A DNA stretch of 62,879 nt, filler included, from Octopus bimaculoides (taxonomy: Eukaryota): assembly GCF_001194135.2 (NCBI RefSeq). It is 7 parts of 7 records of this genome, joined end to end, with 100 filler letters (N's around TTAATTAATTAA, not from the genome) between each part and the next. Parts side by side here need not be neighbours in the genome. Positions count along the whole stretch, not along the records: positions 35,279 to 45,701 come from NC_068987.1; positions 45,802 to 58,159 come from NC_068983.1; 5 more parts are not named here. The stretch is one strand, 5' to 3'. This document shows positions 39,060-53,280 of this stretch, piece after piece (position 1 is the first letter of the stretch; every line of letters begins with the position of its first letter). A model generated the notes under the pieces. That model worked only from the letters and a program-made list of their open reading frames with translations, made no database searches and was not told the origin of the DNA. A program made the position numbers and the translations under genes.

Positions 39060-39932
39060 ACAAAATTCAGTTCATGAATTTTGCAAAATTTACATACAAA
39101 TATAAAATAACAATAAAAAATAAAAAATAAAAATATAAGGCATATAAAAAAATATACAAAAAGCATATAAAAAAACCATATAGAGTCATAAAAACTCATA
39201 TATACATGCATATGCATGTATACATTACCATATACAGATATACATGGATACAGACATAAACACATGAGTACATATATGTGTGCTCAGATGCACATACACA
39301 GGTGGCTGTACATGCATACCAAAATAGTCAACAGTCACTGTTACCATATGTGAGGGGTACAGACACAAATATATATATTCCCCTACACATATATACATAT
39401 ATGTATATATAAATACACCCATACATACATGATCCCTGGTAAAACGTTTTTTGTTGCGTTTGGAAAGCTGTTTATATGCTAAATCTGTGGGGTACGTGCG
39501 TGCCAGTTATGTATGTGGTGGAGGGGTCTATGTAGGAATTATTTCTTGAGTTGTTGATATAATAATAACAAGAATAATATGTCAACTTTTTAAAATTGTG
39601 ATGAGGTACTCTGTTATTTTTTCGTATGGAGAATATGGGGTCCTTCTAGTAGTGGGAATTTAGAATAACATGAAATAACTTGCAATATATAAATTTTTGT
39701 TAAGAAAGCTAAGAGAAAAAGATGTTTTATATGTCACATTCTACCAGTATCTCAAATTTGAAAGTGTTTCGTTAAGAAAACAAGTGTTGCCCGTCAAATC
39801 AGAAAGATCCTATGTATCTATATATATATATATATCTATNNNNNNNNNNNNNNNNNNNNNNNNNNNNNNNNNNNNNNNNNNNNNNNNNNNNNNNNNNNNN
39901 NNNNNNNNNNNNNNNNNNNNNNNNNNNNNNNN

Positions 39933-39983
<51 letters not shown>

Positions 39984-40911
39984 ACGCACTCCCACAATCC
40001 CCATAGGTAACCCCAACCAACTTGATTCACGCTTGTAATTATATGTATAAGTATATATGTTCTTTTATTAGTTAGCTCTTAGATTCACCCACTATAATCC
40101 TTCAAATAAATTCAGCTCTATAGAATATTATCACTACTACCTTTCTCTCTTATACATTTTTTCTTTTTATTACTATTTTTCGAACCCTACCAACACCATC
40201 ACCCCCTACCAGTTCCTTTCTATCCTGACACTGAACACAACTGTAACTGCCTCCCTTTCCTACTTCACTTTATCTCTTCACACTCCCTTTCTCCACCTAT
40301 CCATTTCTTTACAGCCCTTATACTTCCACCCCTATCTTCTTTCCTTCGCTCTCTTTCCTTCTTCCTTCCCTCCTGTCCCTATAACTGACCTCACAATCTC
40401 TTACACATCTTCCTCTATTCATCTACTGCTTGCACTACTACCTTCATTTCTCCCTTAACTATTTCCTCCTCCTTCCTTCCTGTCTTATGGCTTGATCTCA
40501 CAATCCCACACACATCTTCCACTCACTTCAGGCTGTCTTTTAAGTAAACAACGCACAGAGTAAACTGGATATAAAATGATATATATCTACCAATATAACT
40601 ATATTTCTCACTAGAAAATACTCACACGGATTCTATACATGGATATTTACTTTTGGAATGGAAGTATACTCCAAGTACTTTTTCTTCTTTGTTTTTTCTT
40701 CTCCGCATCGCTCTNNNNNNNNNNNNNNNNNNNNNNNNNNNNNNNNNNNNNNNNNNNNNNNNNNNNNNNNNNNNNNNNNNNNNNNNNNNNNNNNNNNNNN
40801 NNNNNNNNNNNNNNTATATACACACACACGCACACACCTATAGACATCTGACATAATCTTTTTAACACATGTATATACCTAATATAAGATCATTGTTGGT
40901 TTCCTTTGCAG

Positions 40912-40938
40912 GATGCTGCTGCAGCCATTGATAACATG
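40912..40938 (+). CDS. PPIE: PPIE micro-exon DAAAAIDNM
   Basis: 27-nt exon bounded by ttcctttgcag and gtgagt, phase 0 to phase 0. Exact match to the PPIE RRM helix DAAAAIDNM. Confidence 0.93.
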
Positions 40939-42043
40939 GTGAGTTCTATATATTGTAAAGTTACTTTAGGAAGCACAACAAACCACAGCATTAATTGTTT
41001 CATCACAATTCTATCTTTAGCAACTGATTCTGTGAATTAATCACATCAATTAGAACTTCTACACTTGTTCTACCCACTTTGTCATTTTCTACTCTTCTCA
41101 TCAAGTTCTGCTAACACAGTAAGATAGATGAGAGAGAAAGTAAACTTGTAATGTCATTTGACAGCCAAATTATCACTGTATATGGCTGGTCATTAATATT
41201 ATGTATGCTGTGATTTCTTTTAAAGCTCCAATTGGCAAAGGTCTATCTGCTGAGCTGGATTTGGATGTCAAAGTTGTAGGTTAAGCCAATCAGGTCTAAT
41301 CTACAATATGCAATAGTTTTAAAATTGGTAGATGAGAATCACAGAAGGTTACACTAAATTCCTTGCAGTACTAAATCTTATTCCGTCTTTCTGACTTCAA
41401 ATCTTGCTAGTGTCAGTGTAGCCTTTTATAGGAGTGATAAAAAAAGACTTGTTCCTGGTCAAAGAAAATCCATATAACCTGATTTTACTGAAGAATACAC
41501 TTTCCATCTTATTTATCCTATCATAAATTAGATGTATTTCCTATTGTTTATAATTCAGATTACATTTGCTGTTGTATTGTCTTTATTTTGATACTACCCT
41601 CTTTTAAAATCCTGCCATTATACTATAGTATTGTAAGTGAGTTTAGATGATTAAAATTCTCCTTGGTGTATTCTGCTCCAACGAAACATCACATGTACTG
41701 CATTAAATGTAAGTACATTAAGTGTACAATACTCTGTGTGGTTACTGTACTACACTTTACTGTACTATATTACAGTACCACTGCCAGAAAGGGTGTCTAT
41801 ATTGTTGCTTGATCCAATAGAAATACTAATCAAATTTCTTTCAAACCACACCCTGTTCTTATTAAAAACAAAAACAAAAACATTAGATAATGTTGTCTAA
41901 GGTATACTGTTTCAGAAGAGCTGATATAGTCATGGCTGGAATTACTTTAGGCTACAGGTCTGTTTGCTCTGTCTGTACAACAGCAATATCAATAAAAAGT
42001 TCCAAATATTTTAGAGTACAAATGTTTTTATTGTCTAATATAG

Positions 42044-42125
42044 AATGACTCAGAGCTGTTTGGTCGCACCATTCGCGTTAACCTTGCTAAGCCAATGAAG
42101 ATCAAAGAAGGTTCAATGAAACCTG
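42044..42125 (+). CDS. PPIE: PPIE coding exon [27 protein letters not shown](V)
   Basis: 82-nt exon bounded by ttgtctaatatag and gtaagt, in frame after DAAAAIDNM. Matches PPIE [28 protein letters not shown]. Confidence 0.95.
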
Positions 42126-42729
42126 GTAAGTAAACCTTTGCTCACCTTGTGTTGTTTGGCTAATATATATAAATAGAAGTTGATCAACATTACCAAACAA
42201 TACATACATATGTATGTATATATATANNNNNNNNNNNNNNNNNNNNNNNNNNNNNNNNNNNNNNNNNNNNNNNNNNNNNNNNNNNNNNNNNNNNNNNNNN
42301 NNNNNNNNNNNNNNNNNNNNNNNNNNNNNNNNNNNNNNNNNNNNNNNNNNNNNNNNNNNNNNNNNNNNNNNNNNNNNNNNNNNNNNNNNNNNNNNNNNNN
42401 NNNNNNNNNNNNNNNNNNNNNNNNNNNNNNNNNNNNNNNNNNNNNNNNNNNNNNNNNNNNNNNNNNNNNNNNNNNNNNNNNNNNNNNNNNNNNNNNNNNN
42501 NNNNNNNNNNNNNNNNNNNNNNNNNNNNNNNNNNNNNNNNNNNNNNNNNNNNNNNNNNNNNNNNNNNNNNNNNNNNNNNNNNNNNNNNNNNNNNNNNNNN
42601 NNNNNNNNNNNNNNNNNNNNNNNNNNNNNNNNNNNNNNNNNNNNNNNNNNNNNATATATATATATATATATACTCGACTATCTGTGATCCATTAACCCGC
42701 CAATAGTTCAAGGTGCCCAGAAAACCACG

Positions 42730-43430
42730 TATCTCGGAAACCTGTGGTCTGATTTATGCAAAACTTGTTTTATTCTGTTTGTATTCACATTTCAATGCTG
42801 CCTTACTTTCAAAGCATTTTTCTCATTATGCACCGGTCTAGTTATTTATAAAGGTACTCAAAATAACAGTTTCTCTCACGAATCCATGCTCCGATTTATG
42901 TGAAACTTGTTTTATTCCTTTTGTATTCACATTTCAATGGTACCTTACTTTCAAAGTATTTTCCAATTATGCACCAGTTTGGCTGTATTAAATTATAGAC
43001 AAGCATGCATGCAAGCGGGCAGTCATAAAGGTACCCGAGAAAACTGTGTATCTTGGGAACCCATGGTCCGATTTATGTGAAACTTGTCTTATTCCATTTC
43101 TATTCCCATTTCAGGAGCACCTTACTTTCAGAGTAGTTTCCCATTCGGCACCAGTTTGGCTGTATTAAATTACAGACAAGTACATATGCAGGCAAGCATG
43201 CAAACAAAAGTATCCAGGTGTTCACAGTAAAGGGCAATAACTCCAGGTTTCACTGCTTAAATTTGTGGAAACAAACTCCCAAAAAACATGTATCTCAAGA
43301 ATCTGTGGTCTTATTTACGTGAAACTTGTTTTATTCTGTTTGTATTTACATTTTGTGGGTACCTTACTTTCAGAGTATTTTCCCATTATTCACTGGTTTG
43401 GCTGTATTAAATTACAGACAAGCACACAAG
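42730..43430 (+). repeat. Tandem array of 4 diverged units with 140-240 bp spacing
   Basis: gatttatgtgaaacttgttttattc..ccttactttcaaagta..ttatgcacc recurs near 42750, 42893, 43070 and 43310. Confidence 0.8.
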
Positions 43431-45801
43431 CAAGCAATCACAAACTTTTAGTATTATATAGATAGATATATACAGCAGAGTGCTGTATATAGTAGGTATA
43501 CAGAGTAGGTATACAGTAAGCATCACATCAATGTTATAATACTTAATTCATTAAAATTATTATCACATTAAATTAGTTAGCTTTATTTTTGATATTTTCA
43601 GTGTCATTAATCATAACTAGCAGAAAGACTGCCCGCTGGGCAGTGTTTTGCTAACCCCTTGATAATATTTTCACATTTAATTTCCAATTCTAATAATTTT
43701 TATATTTTACATCTAATTATTTCTTTGTATAATAGTGCTCATTTGCTTAGTAAGTATTGCTTTTATTATTTTATCACAGTCATAATCTCTCTTTTTTNNN
43801 NNNNNNNNNNNNNNNNNNNNNNNNNNNNNNNNNNNNNNNNNNNNNNNNNNNNNNNNNNNNNNNNNNNNNNNNNNNNNNNNNNNNNNNNNNNNNNNNNNNN
43901 NNNNNNNNNNNNNNNNNNNNNNNNNNNNNNNNNNNNNNNNNNNNNNNNNNNNNNNNNNNNNNNNNNNNNNNNNNNNNNNNNNNNNNNNNNNNNNNNNNNN
44001 NNNNNNNNNNNNNNNNNNNNNNNNNNNNNNNNNNNNNNNNNNNNNNNNNNNNNNNNNNNNNNNNNNNNNNNNNNNNNNNNNNNNNNNNNNNNTGCCACAT
44101 GATATTCAGAAAAATGGATACTTTTTAACAAAATTTTCTACAAATACTGCTTAGATGTTGTGGCTTCATAGTATATTGGGATTTATAAGAAAGAATTTTT
44201 CCAAGGGGTAGAGAGAGAAGTTTTGGAAAATTCACATGGTCTGACTCTTTCCCCTCATAACTTTCAGGAAGATGGGTATCTTTTAATGAAAATTTATACA
44301 AATCCCTTTCAAACAGCATAGATTATGATTATCTAAAAATTTGTGGGAAAAATTTTTCAGGGATTTTCCTCGTTTTTTTTTAAACCACAGCCTTCAAAAT
44401 GATGGGTGGGTGGGCATCTTTGTATGAAAAAGTTTTGTAACCTATTTTTTTTTACACCCGCCCCCTCATCATCCCACTCTGGACCTATTTTGGACAATTT
44501 TTTTTTGCACTTCAAAACTATGGGAAGAGCATTTTTGGTAAAATTAAAAAAAAAATTTGTCAATATTTTCAGAGGGAAAAGTGAGTGATTTATGAGCGAT
44601 TTGGCTGTTATTTCTACCATATTCAAAGACAACCCACCTTGTTTCTATATCACACTCTCATGTATTGATGTTTATCAATATATTTCCCCCCATAAATACA
44701 TTTATATGCTATAAAAAATAAAATTTAAGAAATTATGAATTTTTTTGCAACCCCACTCCCTGCCCCTCATTGTTTTGATTTAGAAATTAAAATGTTGGAG
44801 AGCCTGAGAAGGTCATTGTTAGTGTTTATCCGCTTTGATTTAAAAATATTACGGAGATGTACTTGCATAGCAAGTGACTTGATCCAAGATTGTGTGCTGA
44901 AACAAAAACAATTGCAGTGTGGATGTTTGTAAGCCATTCAAGAACACACAGAAATCATTCATTTCATGGCACTACTTAAATTTAGAGGTCCCAATGTATC
45001 TACGTAACAATATGAAGGGGCGGGTTAATTTTTAGGGTTACGGTTAGGACTAGTTTTAGGGTTAGTTAGGGTTAGGGTGTCATTACACGTCCACACAGCA
45101 TACATTTAATGTTTTGTATGTAACACCTGTATTTAAGTACTATCTCTGTATTTAAGTAGTACTGTTAAGGGACCTCTGTTTCACTTCACTTCAACATTAA
45201 AATTTCATGTGTCAAAATGTTTTCTTTGCTTTGAAACTGTGACACTGACAAAACTTTGTAAAAGTAATGCAGCACGAAGTTTTGTCAGTGAACAGCAAAA
45301 ACACACACACATTGCCTTTCATTTTTATGTGTATCTATGTATGTGCGTGAGTATGTCACTGTTGAAATCGCTCATGCAACATGTTTGTGTATATATTGGC
45401 TTAATGGTACATAGTGTATGGAAACTGCGAATCCGGTGCAAGTTTCGAGTATTTGTTGGTAACTTTTTTCTCCATATTTGAGAGATGAGGAATTATGTGC
45501 ATTATTTACATTTGACGGATATTTGTCCTCATCTTATTTGTTAAGTGTGTGGGCTACTAACCCCAAGATTCTGAGTTCAATTCCAGGCAGTGACCTGAAT
45601 AATAATAATAATAATAACAACAACATTGAAAAAATACCTTAAGAATGAGAATCCTGGTTTGAAATTCCCTCAGGACACCTGATGAAGACTGGAGAGTACA
45701 TNNNNNNNNNNNNNNNNNNNNNNNNNNNNNNNNNNNNNNNNNNNNTTAATTAATTAANNNNNNNNNNNNNNNNNNNNNNNNNNNNNNNNNNNNNNNNNNN
45801 N

Positions 45802-45833
<32 letters not shown>

Positions 45834-46302
45834 GTGTGTATTATGTATCATAACCAATGTAGCTAAAAGGTGTGTATGTATCCATTATAAACATTAAAAG
45901 TATGATTACTATTATGTAGAAGTTTAATACTACTTCGTTATTTACTTAATTATTACGTGGTTTCTATTAAAACTACTCAATTCACTTACTAGAAAGATAT
46001 ACATACTATCTATTGATTTGAAGCAATGAATCAGAAGCGGGATAATACGAGAAAACATAGACATAAGTAAATAGGAAGTATAAAATCTAAAGTATAAAAT
46101 ATAAATATACTCGGAAATATGTTCACTTATATGCATGTGTCAAATGTAAAAATAAAGCATACAGTTACATATACAAGAAGGTCTTATTATATATATATAT
46201 ATAGGTTGAAAATATGTAAAGAAAGAAAAAAAATACCTTCCTTTCACATAGTTTAATATTTTTTTATATAAATATATACATATTATATGGGTGTTGTAAA
46301 AT

Positions 46303-46341
46303 CCAACCGATTTTCGCTATTTAAATTAGCTTTTCAAGGGG
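46303..46341 (-). ncRNA. Possible U3-A8 compensatory-variant hammerhead remnant downstream of the PLE endonuclease
   Basis: Minus strand reads CCCC-UUGAAAA-GCUA-AUUUAAA-UAGC-GAAA-AUCGGUU-GG. Helices I and III are poor. Confidence 0.25.
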
Positions 46342-46521
46342 CATTGTATAGTGATATTATAACGTAATTATGACATTAGAATATAAATATTAATTCGCAT
46401 GATAAAGAAGTTTCGCTATCTTGGCTGTTTGAAAAATAAGAAATGGTTTAGAGAGTGAAACAAAGGAGGTAATGGGTGTCAAGGGGGATAACTGATTCCT
46501 TAGGATAGTTTTTCAGGGTTG

Positions 46522-47098
<577 letters not shown>

Positions 47099-47099
47099 G

Positions 47100-49368
47100 T
47101 GTGTGTAGTTTGTCCGTCGATGCAACGAAGGCCATCTAGTCATCCTGCGGTGGGGGTGGGCTTGTTTTGTGAGTCCGCTAGTGAGGCCAATCTACGCCCG
47201 AAAGAGTCTTTGACAGTGTGGACAGGAAATGGTAGCGCCTGCTACAGGGTTGTTAGCTCTGATTTTCCCGGCTGGCTTGTCTGCAGCCTTCTGCAGCAGC
47301 GATCCTATTTGTCTCGCATGTGTTGGCACCCTTGTGGACAGCTGATCGCCACCTTTCTTTGTCTAGAGTAGACTGCTCCCAAGTTGCATGTTGAAGACTT
47401 TCAGTGAGGCTTTCAGTGTATCCTTAAAGCGCTTCTTCTGGCCGCCTTGTGAGCCCTTTCCCTTTTGCAGCTCGCCAAAGAGCAATCTTTTTAGTAGTCG
47501 ATCATCTAACATGCGAGCTACGTGCCCTGCCCAGCGAAGCTGAGATTGCATCAAGATGGTATGGATGCTGGGCAGGTTAGCACGTATTAGTACCTCGGTG
47601 TCTGGGATCTTGTCCTGCCACTTTATGCCGAGAAGTTTTCTGAGGCATATTGTATGAAAGTGGTTCAACCTCCTGGCATGACGCTGGTAGATTGTCCAGG
47701 ACTCGTAGCCGTAAAGCAGTGTTGTGAGAACGACAGCCCGGTACACCTTGATCTTTGTCATGATGGTGATCCCTCTCCTGTTCCAGACAGACTTACGTAG
47801 CCTGCCGAAAGCAGCGCTTGCCTTGGCGAGTCTGGCGATGATTTTGTCATCGACGACAACATTTCTAGAGAGTGTGCTACCAAGGTAGGTGAACTTGTCC
47901 ACCGCGTTCAGTCGCTGCCCGTTGATGGTGATGTTGGGTTCAACGTAGGGCTTGGTTGGTGTTGGCTGATACATTAGCTCAGTCTTTTTGCATTGATGGT
48001 AAGGCCAAAGTTGTTGCAGGCGCCAGAGAACAAGTCAACGCTGTGCTGCATGTTGGACTCAGTGGCAGCATTGAGTACGCAGTCCTCGGCGAACAGGAGG
48101 TCGTTGACGGTGTCTATTGAAACCTTGGTTTTTGCTTTGAGCCTCTCGAGATTGAAGACTGAACCGTCGGACCGGTACTTGATGCCGATGCCTATGTCTG
48201 TGTCCCTGAAAGCATCTGTTAGCCTGGCTGAGAACGTAAGGCTGAACAAGGTGGGAGCAAGGACACATCCTTGTTTCACTCCGTTGGAGACAGGGAATGG
48301 ATCAGAGGCCTCTCCGTTGTCCTGTACCCTTGCCAACATGCCATCGTGTAGTTGTCTTACGATGGTGATGAAATTTCTGGGGCATCCATACTTCGCCAAG
48401 ATTCTCTAAAGACCTTCACTACTAGGCCTTGGTCAGGTCGATGTAGGTGGAGTAGAAGTCGACGTTCTGCTCCTGACACTTCTCCTGCAGCTGTCGAGCA
48501 GCAAATACCATGTCGATAGTCCCACACTCTTTCCGGAAGCCACACTGGCTCTCAGGTAGGAGACCTTGCTCTTGGTGTACAATGAGGCGGTTGATCAAAA
48601 CTCTAGCCAGGATCTTGCCTGTGATGGACAGCAGTGAAATTCCGCGATGATTGTCGCAGACCTGTTGGTTTCCATTTCGCTTGTAGAGGTGGATGATGGT
48701 GGCGTCCTTGAAGTCTTGAGGCACTGTCTCGTGCATCCAGATGAGCTGAAACAGCTGGTGAATTTTCCTGGTCAAGGCCATACCGCCTGTTTTGAATACT
48801 TCAGCTGGGATGGAGTCCGGACCAGGTGCTTTGCCACTGGACAGTAGGTGGCATGCTTTCTGAATTTCCTCCAAATTTGGTTCGACGTTCATTGACTCTT
48901 CAACAGGGACTTGAAGTAGCCTGTCGATGAATTCACCGTGGCTGTGTCGTACAACGTCACCCAGAGCATAATGGGGTCCAAGCGTTTCTCCAGTGTATCG
49001 GTAAATAGCTGCTTGACGTCCCTATCCTTCAGCTTGCTGATGTTCAAGCGTTTTAGTGCTTTCCTATTTTGTGGTCGTCTCTTGAGCTGAACTCTATGGT
49101 TGAGTTTGGATACAACAAGGCGGTGGTGTGTCCAGCATTCTGTGCCACACATGGTCTTCGTAACTCGTACGTCTTGCCTGTCCCTCTTCCTTATGATAAC
49201 GTAGTCGATGAGGTGCCAGTGCTTTGAGTGAGTTTGCATCCATGACGTTATGTTGCGGGCGGGGAGGTTAAAGATGGTTTTGGTGATTAGGAGGCCATGC
49301 TCTGCGCAGGTGTGGGGGAGTAGCAGACCGTTGCTGTTGCAGTTGCCAACTCCATGTTTCCCAATCAT
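47100..49368 (-). mobile_element. 5'-truncated RTE-clade (BovB-like) LINE with frameshifts
   Basis: ORF pieces give the APE end (GKHGVGNCNSNG..HWHLIDYVI), RT (GKAPGPDSIP, RGISLLS, QCGFRK, DLTKA, GVKQGCVLAPTLF, LLFAED) and RTE C-terminus (QLRWAGHVARM..GGQKKRFKDTLK). A 3' UTR ends in a (TCTA)n/(TA)n tail. Confidence 0.93.
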
Positions 49369-49374
49369 ATAATA

Positions 49375-49410
<36 letters not shown>

Positions 49411-49785
49411 NNNNNNNNNNNNNNNNNNNNNNNNNNNNNNNNNNNNNNNNNNNNNNNNNNNNNNNNNNNNNNNNNNNNNNNNNNNNNNNNNNNNNNNNNN
49501 NNNNNNNNNNNNNNNNNNNNNNNNNNNNNNNNNNNNNNNNNNNNNNNNNNNNNNNNNNNNNNNNNNNNNNNNNNNNNNNNNNNNNNNNNNNNNNNNNNNN
49601 NNNNNNNNNNNNNNNNNNNNNNNNNNNNNNNNNNNNNNNNNNNNNNNNNNNNNNNNNNNNNNNNNNNNNNNNNNNNNNNNNNNNNNNNNNNNNNNNNNNN
49701 NNNNNNNNNNNNNNNNNNNNNNNNNNNNNNNNNNNNNNNNNNNNNNNNNNNNNNNNNNNNNNNNNNNNNNNNNNNNNNNNNNNNN

Positions 49786-49816
<31 letters not shown>

Positions 49817-50363
49817 CGCATATATGGGTACAGAACGTCATAAATGTAAACAACTTGAAATACGAAAACAACATGAAATACGAAGACAAATTGGGTATTC
49901 AAACAACGAGATAAATACATGGAAAACAAGATAAGTAACATAAAGTACGACCCTCCATCAGCTGCAGCTGACGGTTGTCCATCTACTCCTCATTTCGAGC
50001 ATTTGACGATAACATGAGGCTCCGAAAGGTAGTTGCTCCCGCGAACGAAAATAAAATTTGGGATTTGCGGAGAATCAAAGTTGGTAACAAAAGCAGGACA
50101 GTGGAGGCATACAACAAACCAATTGAAAACAAACACGGAGGGTCAGACGAGATAAGGAAGCGAATGCTGGAGGAATATTGTCTTTGACAAGAGAAAAGAG
50201 AGAAGAGACAGATATGAATGCGTATGGTCTGTAGGACAGACTGAAGGGAAAAAAAATGATCACGTGAAGAAAAGAAAGATGGACGATGGTCACGTTTGAG
50301 CAACGAGAGAGAGTAAAGGAGAGAGAGGGTGACAGAGAGAGAGTAAAGGAGAGAGAGGGTGAC

Positions 50364-50405
<42 letters not shown>

Positions 50406-50828
50406 CGGTGAAGGAGAGAAAAAAGAATTAGAGAAAGGATGAGAGCCCCCTTTCGTTTTCTTTCTCCTCCTTTCTGATTTTCAAACAGTTCAAATAGAAA
50501 TACGTGACTTAAGTTGCAGCTGTCTTGCTTCTGACTAGTGTTTAAAGTTTGCCCTGTTTTATAAGGAGTTCATGGTTCAAATTAGTATGTTTTGAAAAGG
50601 ATTTGTTTGATAGAGGATAGTCACATGACTGGTCTTACAAATCTTTGTAGGTTCTCTGCAACGTGTGAGTGCTAGTATCAAGTGACAACGTTTGGCGTCA
50701 TAAGATAAGATTAACACTGTTTACTGAACAAGTACAACAATCATCGCTCTGAATGTTTTCTGTCAAGTGTTTCTAGAGAACGAACACATGATTAAGTTTA
50801 CAACCTTTCGTACTTCCGTGCGTTAGTG

Positions 50829-51731
50829 TCACATGACAGTATATTTTGCGTCTAAAAAGAGGGCCGACACTTGTAAGGGTGCTCTGGCTACTATGTTGAT
50901 ATAATCGACGTAGCGGGGGCACATGATTAGGTTTATGGGGCTCTCTGCTAATTTCTCTTTAAGTCTCATATCCAACCATACTATAAATAGGTTAACCTCA
51001 TCGTCAGCAATAGTGACACTGATGGCTGCACCTTCCTCTTGGGCGTATATCTTGTTAGAAAACTTTAATATATCGCCTTTGAATATGGTCTTGGTACTCG
51101 TATCCGCCGCATGTGCAACCATCTTTTTAACCTGATCATTATTTTCGGAGGTCCGTATAACTCTGGTTCACTTGTTTCATCTCTCTTTGAAGGTCTTCTT
51201 GGTCATAGAGGTTATAGTGGGGTTATTGAGGTTATAATCAGTGTCCATGTTAGTCTCAGGAGGAGGCCTAGTTTTTCAGTGTCAACATATCGGAACTCCC
51301 CATCACTCTCACTGATCACCTCCACACATTTCTCCACAGCAAAACCCAACATCAATGAATAGGTGTACAGTCACTACGTCCATACTGCCTATTATGCATC
51401 CCGACAGGTCGTGGACATAGTTGCACTTACTGATCCTGCTGAGAAGGTCCTCTCTGCTTTCACACGCATCTGGAGACATTTTTATTAGAGGCTATATGAT
51501 CATTGAGAGGAAGCATGAGATCTGGTAGTTGTTGGTAATGTTGACTCCACAGACCGGTCTTGTCAGTGGTCCTGTCACTAGGTCGGTGGACATCTTATGG
51601 TCCTTTCGCAGTTTATACAGTGCCGTGATATCGTTGTTGGTGGTCTGGAAGTTGTTGGCCGTGCGCTTCTTTGCCCCTAGGATGTTTCTCTGCATCATCA
51701 TATGAGCATTGAAGATCTTCTCGCTCCCCAT
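50829..51731 (-). mobile_element. Degraded Penelope-like RT fragment of a second subtype
   Basis: Fragments LYKLRKDHK...GPLTRPVCG..TNNYQISCFLSMII and IYAQEEGAAISV..LFIVWLD..CPRYVDYINIV correspond to the PLE RT motifs PKIHK/RPIV, YxQxxG and RYVDD, broken by stops and frameshifts. Confidence 0.7.
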
Positions 51732-52281
51732 TCTTCCGTATTGTTTTTTTCCTTCATATTGGTGATGTGGGGTTTTAATTTTAGTAACCTTGATTTTTTA
51801 ACGTTAATGCATTCCTCAATTAAATTCCTATATGGTTCTGAAAATACAATTAAAATATAATATAAATGTTACCAAGATTATAAATTAAGTAGGTATCATA
51901 TGAAGTTGTAATTATGTTTTCAATAATTAGTAATATTAGGTTAAACATACTACGTATTATTGAATAATTGTTTTAATTTCATTAAGCTTGATTTATTACC
52001 GTTAATTCATTCCTCAATTAAAATCGTTTGCATCTTTTCTCACTATTATAAGATAAAAATATATTATGCACAACTCTTGATGACGTAGTGTTCAGCTATG
52101 GTAAATGATAAGTGGCTTTGAATCGTCAGAATAATTTGGATAATTCTTTATTGGCGCTTTTCTTCATTTATCGAACTCGTCAAGAGAAAATAAGAATGGT
52201 CCATTTTGATTTTGATTTGTCGATAAACGAAGGAAAGCGCTAATAAAGAATTATCCAAAATTCTGACTGCCTTCTTTTTCT

Positions 52282-52315
<34 letters not shown>

Positions 52316-53020
52316 CATAATAGTCGTAAATATATGGCAATGAAATAACAGTAGAATGTAAAAAATATTTAATGCAAAGCAAAAAGAATGTCATGATCAT
52401 TTATAGAAAAAAGATATAATTATTATAATCGTTTTCTGAATCACTTTCACTCGCACTAGACTCTCGCATACCATCACTTGTAGTCTCGATCGTCGATTTA
52501 CAAACTATTGAAGACGGACTTATATTACATTTCCTTCCAAAACACAAGTCTAGAGTTGTTTGCTTAGAAGAATTTTTTCGTTCTCTATAAATTTCTCGCT
52601 AACACGCTGAAGCGTTTGTTATAGTAGTAGACACTTTTGCACTTGGATCTTGGATTTTGTGCTTAACAAATAAAACTCGTAAACCCGGAGTCTCATAAAG
52701 CAGGTTCTCGTAAAGTAAGGTATTACTGTGTATATATATTATATATATATATTCCGTATTTGTATAGATGTGTATGAAATAATATATCAGTTGAATAAAG
52801 TTACATGCTCTGGTCTTCCCATTTTTTATTGTTGTATCTAAAAAGAAATTTTTTAGAATGTTGAAGTGTGTTAAACATTAAAAAAATATTTTGTAATGTT
52901 CATAAAGTTCAATTAGCGCTTTCATACGTTCATAGTAATCATCAGATTTCAAAATGTAATTAACTGTCAGTTAAATGCATTTCTAACACTTTATTCAACT
53001 GATATATATANNNNNNNNNN

Positions 53021-53070
<50 letters not shown>

Positions 53071-53217
53071 ATAAGCAAGTTAGGCGGATCAAAATATAAA
53101 GTATATTAGAAATATGGAATACAAAAGATGTATATATGTTTGCGCAGAAGATATTCCTACTTACACAGAATATAAATGATATAGAGAATTAAAGAGATTG
53201 AAAAAAAAGTATTTCAA

Positions 53218-53280
53218 ATCCAACAGCTGTTTCTGGAGTGGTCCAGAGTAACGTTTGTAGACTGATTCCATCGTAGGATG
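53218..53280 (-). ncRNA. Decayed hammerhead relic (core damaged)
   Basis: Minus strand reads AUC-CUACGA-UGGA...UCCA-GAAA-C-AGCU-GUU-GGAU. The core lacks G5. Confidence 0.3.

Noticed and set aside
49950-50030. CTGATGG and GAAA near 49957 as a type II/III hammerhead
   Set aside because: The core is mutated and I could not build consistent helices.
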